A stretch of DNA of 64,000 bases from Oculina patagonica (Eukaryota), in contig NC_135769.1 in assembly GCF_052425735.1 (NCBI RefSeq), positions 25,854,001-25,918,000 on the forward strand, given 5' to 3'. Made by a program: the position numbers and the translations under genes. Shown piece by piece: positions 51,451 to 63,672 of this stretch. Within the stretch, counting starts at the first letter, position 1; each line of letters begins with the position of its first letter. The notes below the pieces were generated by a model, which was given only the letters and a program-made list of their open reading frames with translations, did no database searches and was not told the origin of the DNA.

Positions 51451-54400
51451 ATGGCCGGAATGATTAAACTCTTCATCGAGAAAAAAGGTAAGATTTTCTT
51501 AATATATTGCATTGTGAAAAACACTTTTAAAGGGACATAGAAAGTGTATATTAGTGAATTTTAAAAATCTGTTTTTCCACAAAACAAAGTCAGCTTATCT
51601 GTATTTAGAGACTGTAAATTGCCACCAGCTAAACGTTTGTTTTATCAGCAGAATTGTACATAAACGTGTTAATAGGAGACGTAAATATATAGGAGAACAT
51701 ATGCAATATGAATTTGTGAATGTGAAAGGGACTTTGTCAAGTATTTCACAAGAATTTTGAACTGATAAAAATTATATTTGCGTCGTAGAAAACCTAAAAA
51801 TAATGGTCAATTTTTAATTGAAAATTGCTATATTAGAGCACTGAAAGTGTTAACAAGCGTCTTTGGTTGCGGATGGTCAGGATGGAGATGGATTGCAGTT
51901 TGAAAAATGAAGGCTTAGCTGTTGTCTCCGCGCGGCTAAAACAATCAATAATTATAGCCGTAGCTTAATTTCTGTCTGCAAATTTAGATTATATCTTCCT
52001 TTAGATGTTTAAGGATGAGGTTCTTCATGGGTAAAGCTGCCTATCAATAAAGTCAGAACAGTTTAGACCATAAATCTGCGAAATCCCCGTGACGTAGCTC
52101 CGTTATACTGTAGTTTCCCGCTAAAAGAAAAGTCAGCTTATATAAATTTTAGACACTGTAAATCACTACCATCCCAACTTTTGTTCTAGGAGTGCGGTAT
52201 GTAAAGACGCTGATGTCATTATGTCGGCCTGTGATTATTGTGATGATACTTTTTCCCTTCGTGGAAAACTTGGTATTCGAAACAGCATCTCATTCCTACT
52301 CGGAATCACAAGCAAATCAGTTTTATGAAATGCATGAAGGTAAGTCACTTTTGTCCTCTAACTCAACGTATGATCTACATCTACATTTTATTCTGTCAGT
52401 AAAGTCATGAGACATCCCACTAAATATGAAACTAAATACATGTATAAGAAAAATAATAAAAATAATGTGTTAAAGTTTAAGAAGAATTACAGTTTTCCCC
52501 TTTTTTCTAAGCTTTACGTATTAACTTATTAACAAAATGTTAAATTGGTTTTAAAACTGTGAAGTGAACTAGAACTAACAATCTTTGAAGGCAAGTTATT
52601 CCATTCGCATATGGATCTTGGAAAAAACGAAAACTTAGAAACGTCCTTACTTATTTTAGGTATTCAATATTTACTTCACTTCAGGTGTTTCTTTTATTTT
52701 GCTTTTAAAAGTTTTTGTTTCACGATGGAATACATTCTATCTTCAGGCCTTAGGCTTGTTGGTCACGTCTCATTACTGGTGAAGTGAACGGTGGTTTACG
52801 ATGTGCAAGAAATAGGGAATGTCAATCATACAACTGTCATTCTGACGGACACTATGGAAACGAAACATGTGAATTGAGCGACCACACACGACACACGAAG
52901 CCAAAGAAATTAATACCAGCCAAGGGATTTACTTACCACGAGAAAAGTAAGTAAATAACCACGGTTAATTAATGGGGACGAAACGTGTTAAATTTGTTAG
53001 CTTTCCTTTTCGGTAATTAATTATAACCCCAACATTGTGATGACCCTGTTTTTTAATCCCTAGCATGGCCGACATTTGTTTTCTCCCTAATATTAATGGG
53101 GTAGAACATTAACTACAAGGTCTTTGCTATAGAAGATTTCTCAAAATATTTTTTTTATGGTTCTCAACTTCAATGAATTATTTTTTTTTTCCAATGTATG
53201 TTCTACCGAAGCTCTTTTTTTCTATTTCAAATTAACCGCATTTTTAAATTTCGTAAACAGTACAAAAAAACCCTGAACCTCAAACAGATAAAATTCGGGT
53301 CAGGCAACCACTTCATAGAGACCTTTTTTCAAATATTTTCTTCATTACATAGTTTTTTTTTTCTTTTGTGTAAAAGGTAATTCAATGCTAGAGATGGTAA
53401 GAGAGACAAAAGATTAACCACTGTGATCCGCTTAACAGAAAAAAAGAAGCCCGTAATATATCTGAAGATGAATTAAACTTTTTCTTGCAAAGGTTTTGTA
53501 AAAACTGGTTAAGAAATGGATGCAGAATATATGAGCCAGGCACATTTTAAAACACCTTTTCAACGAAGCCTCCAGCGTTCGTTGAAACTTTGCCTGATTC
53601 TTTCTTTTTGCAAAGTTATTTAACTCGACTTTTTCTTGATCAATAAACACGCAAAATAGTACTTCACCAATATCTCGCCATCGTGACCTCACGCTTGGCC
53701 AATCATGCATTCGTATATTGAACATCATAAAACAATAGAAACGGTTTTCTATTGCAGTAAACCATGGCTGGAATGCCCACTGGCCTGGTCATTCATGTAA
53801 GAGCATCATGGATTCTGGACACTCCAGAGGAGACGGGGAGTACTGGATCGACCCAGAGGGTAATGGAAACCCATTATTAGTTTACTGTGACATGACAACT
53901 GACGGAGGTAAGTGATGGAGAGTATGGAGGATTGTGTGTAAAATTTTAACAGCAGTTTTTATAGTTTGATCGTCTGCATGGGAGAGAGTCGTTCTGAACT
54001 AAACCTGAGCGGAAGGGCTTGCCATCCCCCCCCCCCCTGTGGTTAGTAATAAGTCGATGGTGTTAATAAATTAAATGTGATCACCATTTTCCTTCGTGTG
54101 TGTTTAGTCAGTGTCGTGTTAAGGTTTCTACCAGTCTTTACGATGTAGGACGCCTGGTCGTCGAAGCATTTGTTTTTATTAGTCGCTCTCTGTCGTTTGG
54201 TGCATCCCCGGCCTGTCTTTTACGTTGTTAATTAAGTGTCGTAATATACTTATTCTACACCAGAGAGATTTTCTGACGAAAATACCTCGATTGTGTTTTC
54301 CACAAGAACAACTACAACTACTGCTTCATTAGACTAAACACTCACCGATTGAAACTACTGAAATCGTCCCTATAACTTTCGTTAGGACGTCGTAAACTCG

Positions 54401-55082
54401 GTATAGCATTTTGAAAATCATCTCAAAGACAAATTCTTTTTTCAAGGAGTCGAGCCGATTATTCTAGTGACTCCGACTTCTTTTCTTTATTTCCGACGTT
54501 ATAACGAAATAACGGCGAAAAATACTGTGTCTTGTAGGAGGCTGGCTTTTGATCTACAACATTGTGATTGACGGTCCCTTTCCTCCCTACCCACTGGGTG
54601 TTGAGACATCATACCGAGGAATCAGCAATTATAACAACAGCAACATGGTTCTTGCGACTATTGCCATGAATGAGCTGCGAAAACACTTGTCCTACACTCA
54701 GCTGAGATTCCACTGCAATAAACAAAACACTCCACGTACGTTCCACGTGACCACGGTTGCTGACAGCGCTGGCGAAGCTGTAGTCCAGTACTTCAGCCGT
54801 CAGACGGATGCCATACCCTACGCCTGTGGATCATATGCAACACTGGAGGGCGACAACTCAGTTCTCGCAGGGGATTGTAGCGCATGGGGAACAGATGGGA
54901 ATGGTGTCTGGTATGTTGGAAAATGGAGCCACGAAGGAATGCGGGAGTTGTTTAAATATCCGGCATTTATTTACGCTTCAAATCATTGGACCACTAATCC
55001 AGGTTGGGGCAGATGGGAATGTGATGACCTTTCTTCTGTTTCTGCATTACCTGGGGACTTCTGGAAGATTTATGTCCGTTAA
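51451..55082 (+). pseudogene. Gene A3 (divergent type A); 10-nt deletion frameshift in the PAN exon
   Basis: Exons 51451-51487, 52190-52339, 52747-52946 (200 nt vs 210; CACGTC-TC-ATTACT vs CACGTC-ATAGAAACAACG-ATTACT), 53758-53907, 54538-55082. Skipping the phase 1-1 PAN exon would restore frame. Confidence 0.78.
54538..55082 (+). CDS. Terminal variable exon of unit A3 (open, most divergent)
   Basis: cttgtag|GA GGC TGG; matches ORF 54549-55082. Confidence 0.8.
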
Positions 55083-55736
55083 TCATAACTAACTGCACGT
55101 ATCGCTGGGTTGCAGCTGACGTCACGGCGACATTGATGATAGACAAGAACAAAGCGTTTCCCTCCTCTGGGAGCTAAACTTTTAATTTTATCATGCAAAG
55201 TCTGCGAAAAAAAAAAATATTCTTTTGTGCACCAAGATGGCCGCCTTGTTACGTGGTTGCAAGCTTTAGTGAGTTTTTCGCATATTATTAGGGGGAAGAT
55301 ACCTAACTATAAAATATTTGTTGTGGAAGATTTTTTGACTTCATATCCTGGGCTTCTTAACTTCAATGCGTGACATTACCTTTTTATTAAATAATCGAAC
55401 TCTTCATGTTCTTTCTTGAATCCCAACCGCATTATTTTGGTAAGTTACATTAACATAACAGGAAATTATTCCATTAAAACTCAAGCAGGTCATACTTTTT
55501 AATTCAACTTGATCCGTTATCGAATTATATTATATTAACCCATTAAACAATGCAATCCAGCGGCTGTATTTTTTAAAACCGCCCACTCAAATTTACGTCA
55601 AAAAATGATTTTGCTTGAAACTCTGGCAACTGAGAGACTTAACTTAAACAGATTTAGTTTGTTTCAAAATGAATTTCTGGCCGCGTTAGGAGCCATGAAA
55701 TATTTTGCCCATTCGGGCCCGCCGCAACGTCATAAG

Positions 55737-58379
55737 ATCAAAGGGCTGTTGAGCCAGCTCATTCATGTTTTCTTGTGTTAAATAAACTGAATGTTAACCG
55801 TTGTAAAGGGAGACAAGTAACAGTTTGAAATAGCAGGGGGCAAGTTGAGACCAACACTAGTGCTAATATGTCATTTTGGGGTTTCAAGGTGTCTTATTTT
55901 ACTTAAGATACAGTCATTGCAAATGAATGTCTGCAACTCAGTCATGATGAAGATCGGCGAGAAGAACCTCTGCTGCACGTTTCGCAGCAGGTGGGGTGCC
56001 TGTGGAGATGAAGGGATTATTGGAGGAGCACTGCTACCTCCTCCACTACCCTGACCTAGCGCCATAATTCTTTTTTCCCTTTCCTGGTAAATGGTCTGGT
56101 CGTTTTGCGTTATCATAAAATCAGTGTTCATTTCTCTTCACAAGAATCACCCCCAGAGTGTAACATCCTTCACAGAATCTGGGTGACTGTAAAATAAGAC
56201 ATTCACCATTTTAGCTGTCATTACCGATTCCCATAAAGCATGACGAAGAAATAACAAAATCTGTACTTTTACAACATAAGATAAACCATTTGTTGGCGCA
56301 CAAGCTATAGGAGGATTGTGTAAAAAATGTAGTGAAGACACTCCTGTCATGTATCTGAACAAATGTCATGATCACGCCGAAATTGTAAAATTGCACGAAA
56401 TACACTAAAATTGCTAATAGTTGATTTAATTAGTACTGAAGCAGCTAAAACATTGGCAAGAAATGGTTTAAAAACCCAAATGAAGAGTAAAAGAAATGGT
56501 GTGTAGGTGATTTTCTTGGGAAATTCAAACAAAGTTAGAGCACGAGGCCAAGTAGAACGTGACTACCTGAGGTACGCGGTGTTGTCTAGTACACTAGCAG
56601 GTGGTTTAGACATCATAATTGCATGGAGATGAAAATAACGCTTAACAAAATAAAATTTTACCTATGTTCAATAAAATAAAGAAAATCTACTCACATTGCT
56701 TGTTTTTTGTTGTCCTTTTGGGTCATTTCGTCGTTTTAGGGGGTTCATCATTTTACGTTTTTTTTTGTCGAACCCACGTTCTACAACTTCCGTCCAGATT
56801 TTCAGTAGGGACTTTAAGATACCTGGACAGCTGACCTCGAGGACGGCTGACCGGAAGTAATTTTTCGCGTGTAGCCCATATTGCGCATGCCCGTTCCACG
56901 CACATTGCCGTCCAGCTCCGTCCAGCTGTTGTCGAGGACGTGAGAAGTAGAGTTTTGCCGTCCACCAGTGAACGGGAGTGCTTTTTGTATGATTTCGTTT
57001 AAAAATCTCATTATTTTTTAATTCTGTTACTTTGTTAGGTGGTCCTTTATGGTATTCTTGGTTTGGTACTGATAAAAAGTTTAGAAGTAAAGTTTTATTT
57101 GCGGTTGTGAATATATTTGCTGTGCTTTGCATAAACGCTGATGGCGAAGCCACGTGCGCGAAATCATGAACTTTCTTGCTTGTGTTTCTACAAAAACGTC
57201 ACTTGGAATTTGTACCCTGTGAATGAAAATAGTGCTTTCTGGTCCCACACTTTGAGCTAAAAGCGCAAATGTTTTTCTTCGCATGTTTTGGGCTAAGGAA
57301 TTATTGATTCACTAACGAAGCCGTCCTCCGTTCACACACGCCGGCTCTTAACGTTGGAAGTTCTCGCCAAGAACGTCGACATCAGCCCAGTCCTCCTTCC
57401 TCGCGAATTTCTACAGTCGTCGAGGTTAGCCGTCCAGGTATCTTAAAGTCCCTATTATCTCGTTCACTGCGTGCTCCGCAGCATGAACGAGCTAAAGGAA
57501 TGTTTTACCATTTTATGGGCTTAAACAGACCGTATTTTGGCTGGTGACGTTTTCAGTTGGCGAACACACTGACGTGTATGTTTACACGTACGTACCATGA
57601 ACGACATGAATCAAAAATAAAGGTACGCCAACACTCTTAATAGTAAAGTATAAATTTATCTTTTTTCAACCTGACTTGGTATCGTAAATATTCGATCATG
57701 AATTAGGGGAAATTTCACTAACAAGGAAATAAAGAATAAATTACTATACTTTTGAAAACGAAACCCTAGTCGTTCTTTGAAATAGCTGCTTTTTAAATTA
57801 CTTCGTCTGCCACGACGGACTTGATCGCGTGTGTAAGCGCATGTTTAAATAAACCCGATTAGGGTCCTCTTAGGTGACAACATTACAGTTTCTTGATTCA
57901 CATTTCCCGTTTTAGAAGTTCCGAAATTGTGATTTGATGTAAATTTATTTATTACACTGTACAAGGATTTCATTTCTTTTCACATTTTTATCTGAGCTTC
58001 ATTGAAGTTATTTTTGACGTTACTTAGGGGGGAGGGGTAGCATGTAAAATGACTTCCGTTCTACAACTTCCGTCTACACATTTTTTGTCCACGCGCTGGA
58101 CAACTTCCGCTTCAGAAGTTCCGAAATTGTGATTTGATGTGAATTTATTTATTACACTGTACAAGGATTTCATTTCTTTTCACATTTTTATCTGAGCCTC
58201 ATTGAAGTTGTTTTTGACGTTACTTAAGGGGGAGGGGTAGCATGTAAAATGACTTCCGTTCTACAACTTCCGTCTACACATTTTTTGTCCACACATGTTT
58301 TGTCCACGCGCTGGACAACTTCCGCTTCCGTCTACATCTGCTACACTACAATACTCATTCTCTGAGAATGAGCTAAAAA
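55737..58379 (-). mobile_element. HINE-like element, family 4 (2.6 kb, internal ~180-bp tandem repeat)
   Basis: On the minus strand: T-run + AGCTCATTC with hairpin (58354-58374); far end GAATGAGCT (55756-55764) + hairpin GGCT-CAAC-AGCC (55744-55755) + TTT. Empty site cgtcataag|aaattgggc at ~5495-5512. Tandem units from ~57914 and ~58094. Confidence 0.72.
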
Positions 58380-58554
58380 TGGGCATTTTTCGAGCAACTG
58401 TAAAATATTTCATTCGCATTAAACACTGACAATTTTTATATCAAATTGTTCATAAACATTTCTTGTTTTCTAAGAAAGAAGCAAATCATAAAACTGAAAT
58501 TATCTAAATTAATGTGACCTAACAACTTACAGAAGAAACCGTTTACTATTGCAG

Positions 58555-59482
58555 TCGTACAAGGATGGAATTCCCTTTGGCCTGGCCATTCATGTAAAAG
58601 CATCATGGATTCTGGTCACTCCAGAGGAGACGGGGAGTACTGGATTGCCCCTGAGGGTAACGGAAACCCTATATCAGTGTACTGTGACATGACAACTGCC
58701 GGTGGTAAGTGATGGTGATAATGACAGTGATAATGATAATAATGATAATAATGTTGATAGTATTCTCACAAGCAAATTCAATATTATATTTAAGTCTTGG
58801 TGCTCGCGTAAACGTGTTCTCAAGTAAACCTAATATTGGTCTATATAATCCAAAATACTGATTCCTTTTGCCAACTTTTCTTTTTTATTCAAATTTATAA
58901 CAAAAGTAACGGCGCACGACATACTGTTTTTCAGGAGGCTGGCTTCTGATCTACAACATTGTGATTAACGGCTCATCAGCTCCTACCACCTTGGATATTC
59001 AAACATCATACCGCGGAATCAGCCATTACAACAACAGCAACATGGTCCTAGCGACTACCGCCTTGAATGAGCTGAGAAGACACTTGTCTTTCACTCAGCT
59101 GAGGTTTCACTGCAATAAACAAATCACTCCACGTTCGTTGCACGTGATGACGGTCCCTGACAGCAGAGGGGAAGCTGTTGTTCAGTACTACAGCCGTTTG
59201 ACGGATGTTCAACCCGACGCCTGTGGATCATTTGTAACACTGGATGGAGACAACTCAATTCTCGGAAGGAGTTGTGCTACTTGGGGAGAAGAAAATGGTG
59301 TCCGCAAAGTTGGTAAATGGGGGCAAACCGGATGGCGTGAGTTATACGATAAATCGTTATATATTTACCCTTACCAGAATTGGGCCACTAATCCATATCG
59401 TCCACCACCTAGATGGGAATGTGATGACTATTTCAGAACATCTGTATCACATGGAGACTTCGGGAAGGTTTATGTCCGTTAA
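58555..59482 (+). CDS. Orphan C-terminal cassette C7: both exons intact, no own N-terminal exons
   Basis: Exons 58555-58704 and 58935-59482 are open with canonical splice sites. Upstream is type-A intron-3 sequence starting at ~55261. The conserved DFWK is DFGK here. Confidence 0.65.
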
Positions 59483-59665
59483 TCACTTGCAACTCTTGCG
59501 TATCCCTAAGTATTTAAATCCATTGAGGAAATTCGCGTAGCTTAGTTGCTATAATTGCACTAAGGTTTGCAATATTTTATGGTATTAAGTACTACAGGTA
59601 CAGTATTTATTATTAGAAATCACCCGGTTAGAAGGCACGGGCCAAAAACTTTACTTTTCAGTTAC

Positions 59666-59791
59666 CGGTGTTGTGGTCTGGTCTTTGCCTATTGTGCCGT
59701 TGCACTGTTGAAATGCTCGGAGATATTAGCTATGTTAAAAGCTACTCTACAATCCGAGGGTAAATAAAGTATTCACTTCACTTCACTTCAC
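59666..59791 (+). mobile_element. 5'-truncated retroelement 3' end (AATAAA + (TTCAC)4 tail; CR1/L2-style)
   Basis: Absent from paralogous 3' flanks (cttttcaattacacgat); short tandem-repeat tail. Confidence 0.5.
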
Positions 59792-62700
59792 ACGATATTC
59801 GCCACTTTAGAGTAGAGGAGTAACTAGGATGAGTCTCATCTCGATCTTATTATCAAGAAGGCGCTTTAAATTACTTTCAACTAACAACCTAGCTCTAAAG
59901 GTAAATAAACGCACCTCTCTTTGATCACCTGGCTAGCATCTTAGGCTAGAAGATTTCTTAGTTTTCATTTGCTTAATTGATGCATTTAAACTTTGACGTC
60001 ATGGTGACGTCGACTGCGTATACGTTGCAAGATTGACAATGCAACTAGGACACGTTATAATTAATCTACTAAATTAAAAGTACTTTCGCAAAAAAATGAG
60101 TCCAATAAAAGTCTATAAGCAGTATAGGCTACACCGCTGAGTAAGTGATATAGGAGATATGAGACATCTTAAGTAAAGCATAATCTTGGATTAGAATATG
60201 AAATCGATGATTTTTTTTTATTTCCAGATTTGCTTTATTTAGTAAACTTTGTTATTATAGTGGAAAAAATGTTACCGAGCCCTAGAGACCGGAATTTTTG
60301 TCTCAGAGCCTTGATTGTCACAGTGTTTGTCAGTTAAAAAGTTATCCCTAGATGTGTAGTTTATGACAACTCATTCCCCTATTATATTAATGTCCCTCTC
60401 TTTTCGCTACGCTTTCGAGGCATTTGGTAACAACATTATATAAGGGGGAGACTAAGGCATAATATTTATCATATATAAATAACAAAATTAATTGGCATTC
60501 TTTTTTGCATGGATTAGGTGTAGAATGTTCAGCTAAGTAACGGATTAATATTTTAAGTATGCAATTTTAATATGTTGTGTAATCCTTCCTTATATTAGCT
60601 TTACTCCGACAGATGAACTGGGGTGCACAAAGGATTTGTAGCACAATGAACGCGGTCAGTTTAAATTGTATTAACTTTCAATAAATCATTTTAAAATCAT
60701 TTTGTTTCTTGGTTGTGTTTCTTTTTCAAGCAGACTTAACAGTGACTTAACGTTAGTAGGTTACTCGCTAGTTCGTCATCATAGAATGTTTATTTTTCAC
60801 CCAGTCTTTCTTTACCGGACAGTGTGGCACGCGCTATAGGGACTCCGTTCCAGTGGCTACTTGCATAGAAGACTTCATCCTGCAATCGCGAGAATAACAA
60901 CTTCTTTTATAGCGGAGCTCCCAGCAGCCCAAAAGGGCCGCAGAGCAGAGCCCCATACCCATAGAAAATTAACAGGCCCATGCTTTTGGTTTTTCACGGT
61001 CATGATGGCTAGCGGCATGGTTCGCGGGCGCGGGCGCCTAGCGACGACGTCGCCCTAACATGGCGGCCATACTTCAGAAATACGTTCAAGATTATGGTTA
61101 ACGCAAGCTTTCATCTTTGATATTGGACATCCATGACATAGTCAATTGACAGCTGTCAAAACAAGGTATCCGCTGACCAGTATCACATGACCATATCGCG
61201 GTCTCACATATAGAACTTATCAAGGTCGAATGTTTTTTTTTTAAGTTTACCGCTGGCCAACATTGGATTGCGGGTTCAAGTGCTATATATTTTCCTGTTA
61301 TCGGTCAGTAAATTCGGATTTACGAAAAGGGCGAAGTAAATAATCGGGGAGCTCCGCTTTTACGCTTGGCTAAATCTAGTGAATAAGAGGATCTCAATGG
61401 TGTGGGGGCTTTAGCTTGTCTTTTATGGCTGATGCTAACGGGTAATTTATTTTTGTTACGATTAACAAAAAATTTGAAAGGAAACTTTTGAAGGCAAATG
61501 CGCAAATTTCTGCGCTTGTAAAATCGACAATTTTATCGTCGAATACTCAAACATTGGAATTGTGTATTTCAAATAGTAAATGTTTCAATTATACAGAAAG
61601 AAATATTTCGCTTCATATGCTCTTTAACAAGTTCAAAATTATTTTTAATTGTCCCCAATCACATTTTGAAAAGAGAATGAAGAAAATGCATTGGCTTGGT
61701 TTTTTCATAGCCATTGCAACTCATAAAGAAAATGGAATATATCTACAACAGTTAGAGCTGTCAAAATCTTTGTCATTTGTTGCTTTGACCGTCAGTACAT
61801 CTACAAATCTGGTGATTTTTAATTTAATTTGTTCTTTCAGGAGACGATTTCCCATTGTCAATAGCTAAATGCGCTGTCTTAGCCTAAGACAACGAAATTA
61901 AGGATGAAAGCCCAAGCATTTTGACAACTAGCTACTGAACTTCGCGTCAGAAAAGTCGTCGGTTTGTGTAGCAATGGTTTTGAAAGTACTAGCTGATGGC
62001 TCGCGTTTCCCGAGTACGTTTATTGGTCAAAAACCACTTGAGTAACCATAAAAATAATAAAGAAACAAACAAATAAATAAAAAACAAAAGAAAACTGATT
62101 GACTTTATTGGTGGCATTAGCGCTGCTGTGGTAATTGTGGATACTGTTAGCAACAAACAAATATCCCAACTGGTTAGAGTCTTTTTTAAACAAAGCGCGG
62201 CCTGGAACTGTTTTTTTTTTTTAATCTTTCTGCTTTCTCCATATAATCAATCTTTGTAAATCACCAGGATGCTAGAAAGTTCCTAGAACTGTAAACACCA
62301 CTTTCAAATTAAAACAAAGCGTGCCATATGTTGTTATGTGTGATAGTTCTCATAATATGCTTTCTGTCTTCCAGAATTAATTAATCTTCTTTAAGAAAAC
62401 ATTCCTTTTATGGTGCTTTTTCGGAATTCCGTGGCATTGCATGGAATTGACTCAAAGCTGTCAACCCATGAATTCCTCTTTCCTATCTCAGCTGTTTTAA
62501 CTTATGGTATAAAATATATAAAGATGAAACATGTTTGTGTAAAGCATACTTAAATTTAAAGGAACAAAAACAGTTAACGATAAGTTAAATTTAAAATAGA
62601 TACCCTTAAAATACCACGTCTTTGTTATTTAACAACTGTATGATATTTGTTTTACAAAGCACTGCCTTCATGCTGAGGTATAAGGCCGAATATCAGTGTT

Positions 62701-62833
62701 TATTTGATTACGTGTTTGTACTTCTTTGTTATTTGTTTACTCGGAATATGTCACGAATACAGTTTTCAGGAAGCTAATGTTCTGAAGAGACTTAAACAAA
62801 TTTAAAAGGAAATCTGTGATCGCTGATCGAAAA

Positions 62834-63672
62834 ATGGCCGGAAAGATTAAACTCTTCATCGAACGAAAAGGTAAGAATTTCTTTAGTTATTGCATCGTGA
62901 AAAACATTATAAACAGGACATATGTGAATATTTGTAACTTTTGAAAATCTGTTTTTCCACAAAACAAAGGTCCGCTTATACGTTTCAGTTTAGACACTGT
63001 TAATCGCCACCAGCTTAACGTTTGTTTTATCAGCAGAACTGTACGTAAAAGTGGTTATTGTATGACATAAATATATATGTAGGAGGACATATGAAATGTA
63101 TATAATTGGGAATTTAAAAGGGGCTTCGTCACGGATTTCACCATAATTTTAAACAGCCAAACTTAACAAAGTTTAAACCTAAAAGAAGGTTTGTTTTTTT
63201 TATTTAAAATTGCTATATTATTAGAGCACTGAAAGTGTTAACAAGCGTCTTGGGCTGCGGATGAAAATGAATTGCAGTTTGAAAAATTAAGGCTAAACTT
63301 TTCAAGTTGTTTTTGCGCGGCTTAAAAAATCAATAATTAAAGCGGAAGCTTGATTTATATCTTACTTTAGATGTTCAAAGATGATGTTCTTCATGGCTAA
63401 AGCTGCCTATCAATAAAATCAGAACAGTGTAAACAATAAATCTGTGAAATTCCCGTGATGTAGCTCCTTTAAACTGTAGTTTCCCGCTAAAAGGAAGGTT
63501 ACCAGCACAAGTTTTGTTCTAGGAGTGCGGTATGTGAAGACACTGATCGTATTATGTCGGCCTGTGATTATTGCGATGATACTTCTTCCTTTCGTGGATA
63601 GTTTGGTATTCGAAACAGCATCCCATTCCTACTCGGAATCACAGGCAAATCAGTTTTATGAAATTCATGAAG
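62834..63672 (+). CDS. Gene A4, first two exons (continues beyond the window); A3-like
   Basis: Exon 62834-62870 MAGKIKLFIERKG; exon 63523-63672 VRYVKTLIVLCRPVIIAMILLPFVDSLVFETASHS...; canonical splice sites. Confidence 0.8.

Noticed and set aside
6054-59482. Diversity-generating retroelement or RAG-type rearrangement as the source of variation
   Set aside because: No reverse transcriptase or recombinase ORF; substitutions are not adenine-restricted; no obvious heptamer/nonamer pairs noticed by eye (not exhaustively searched).
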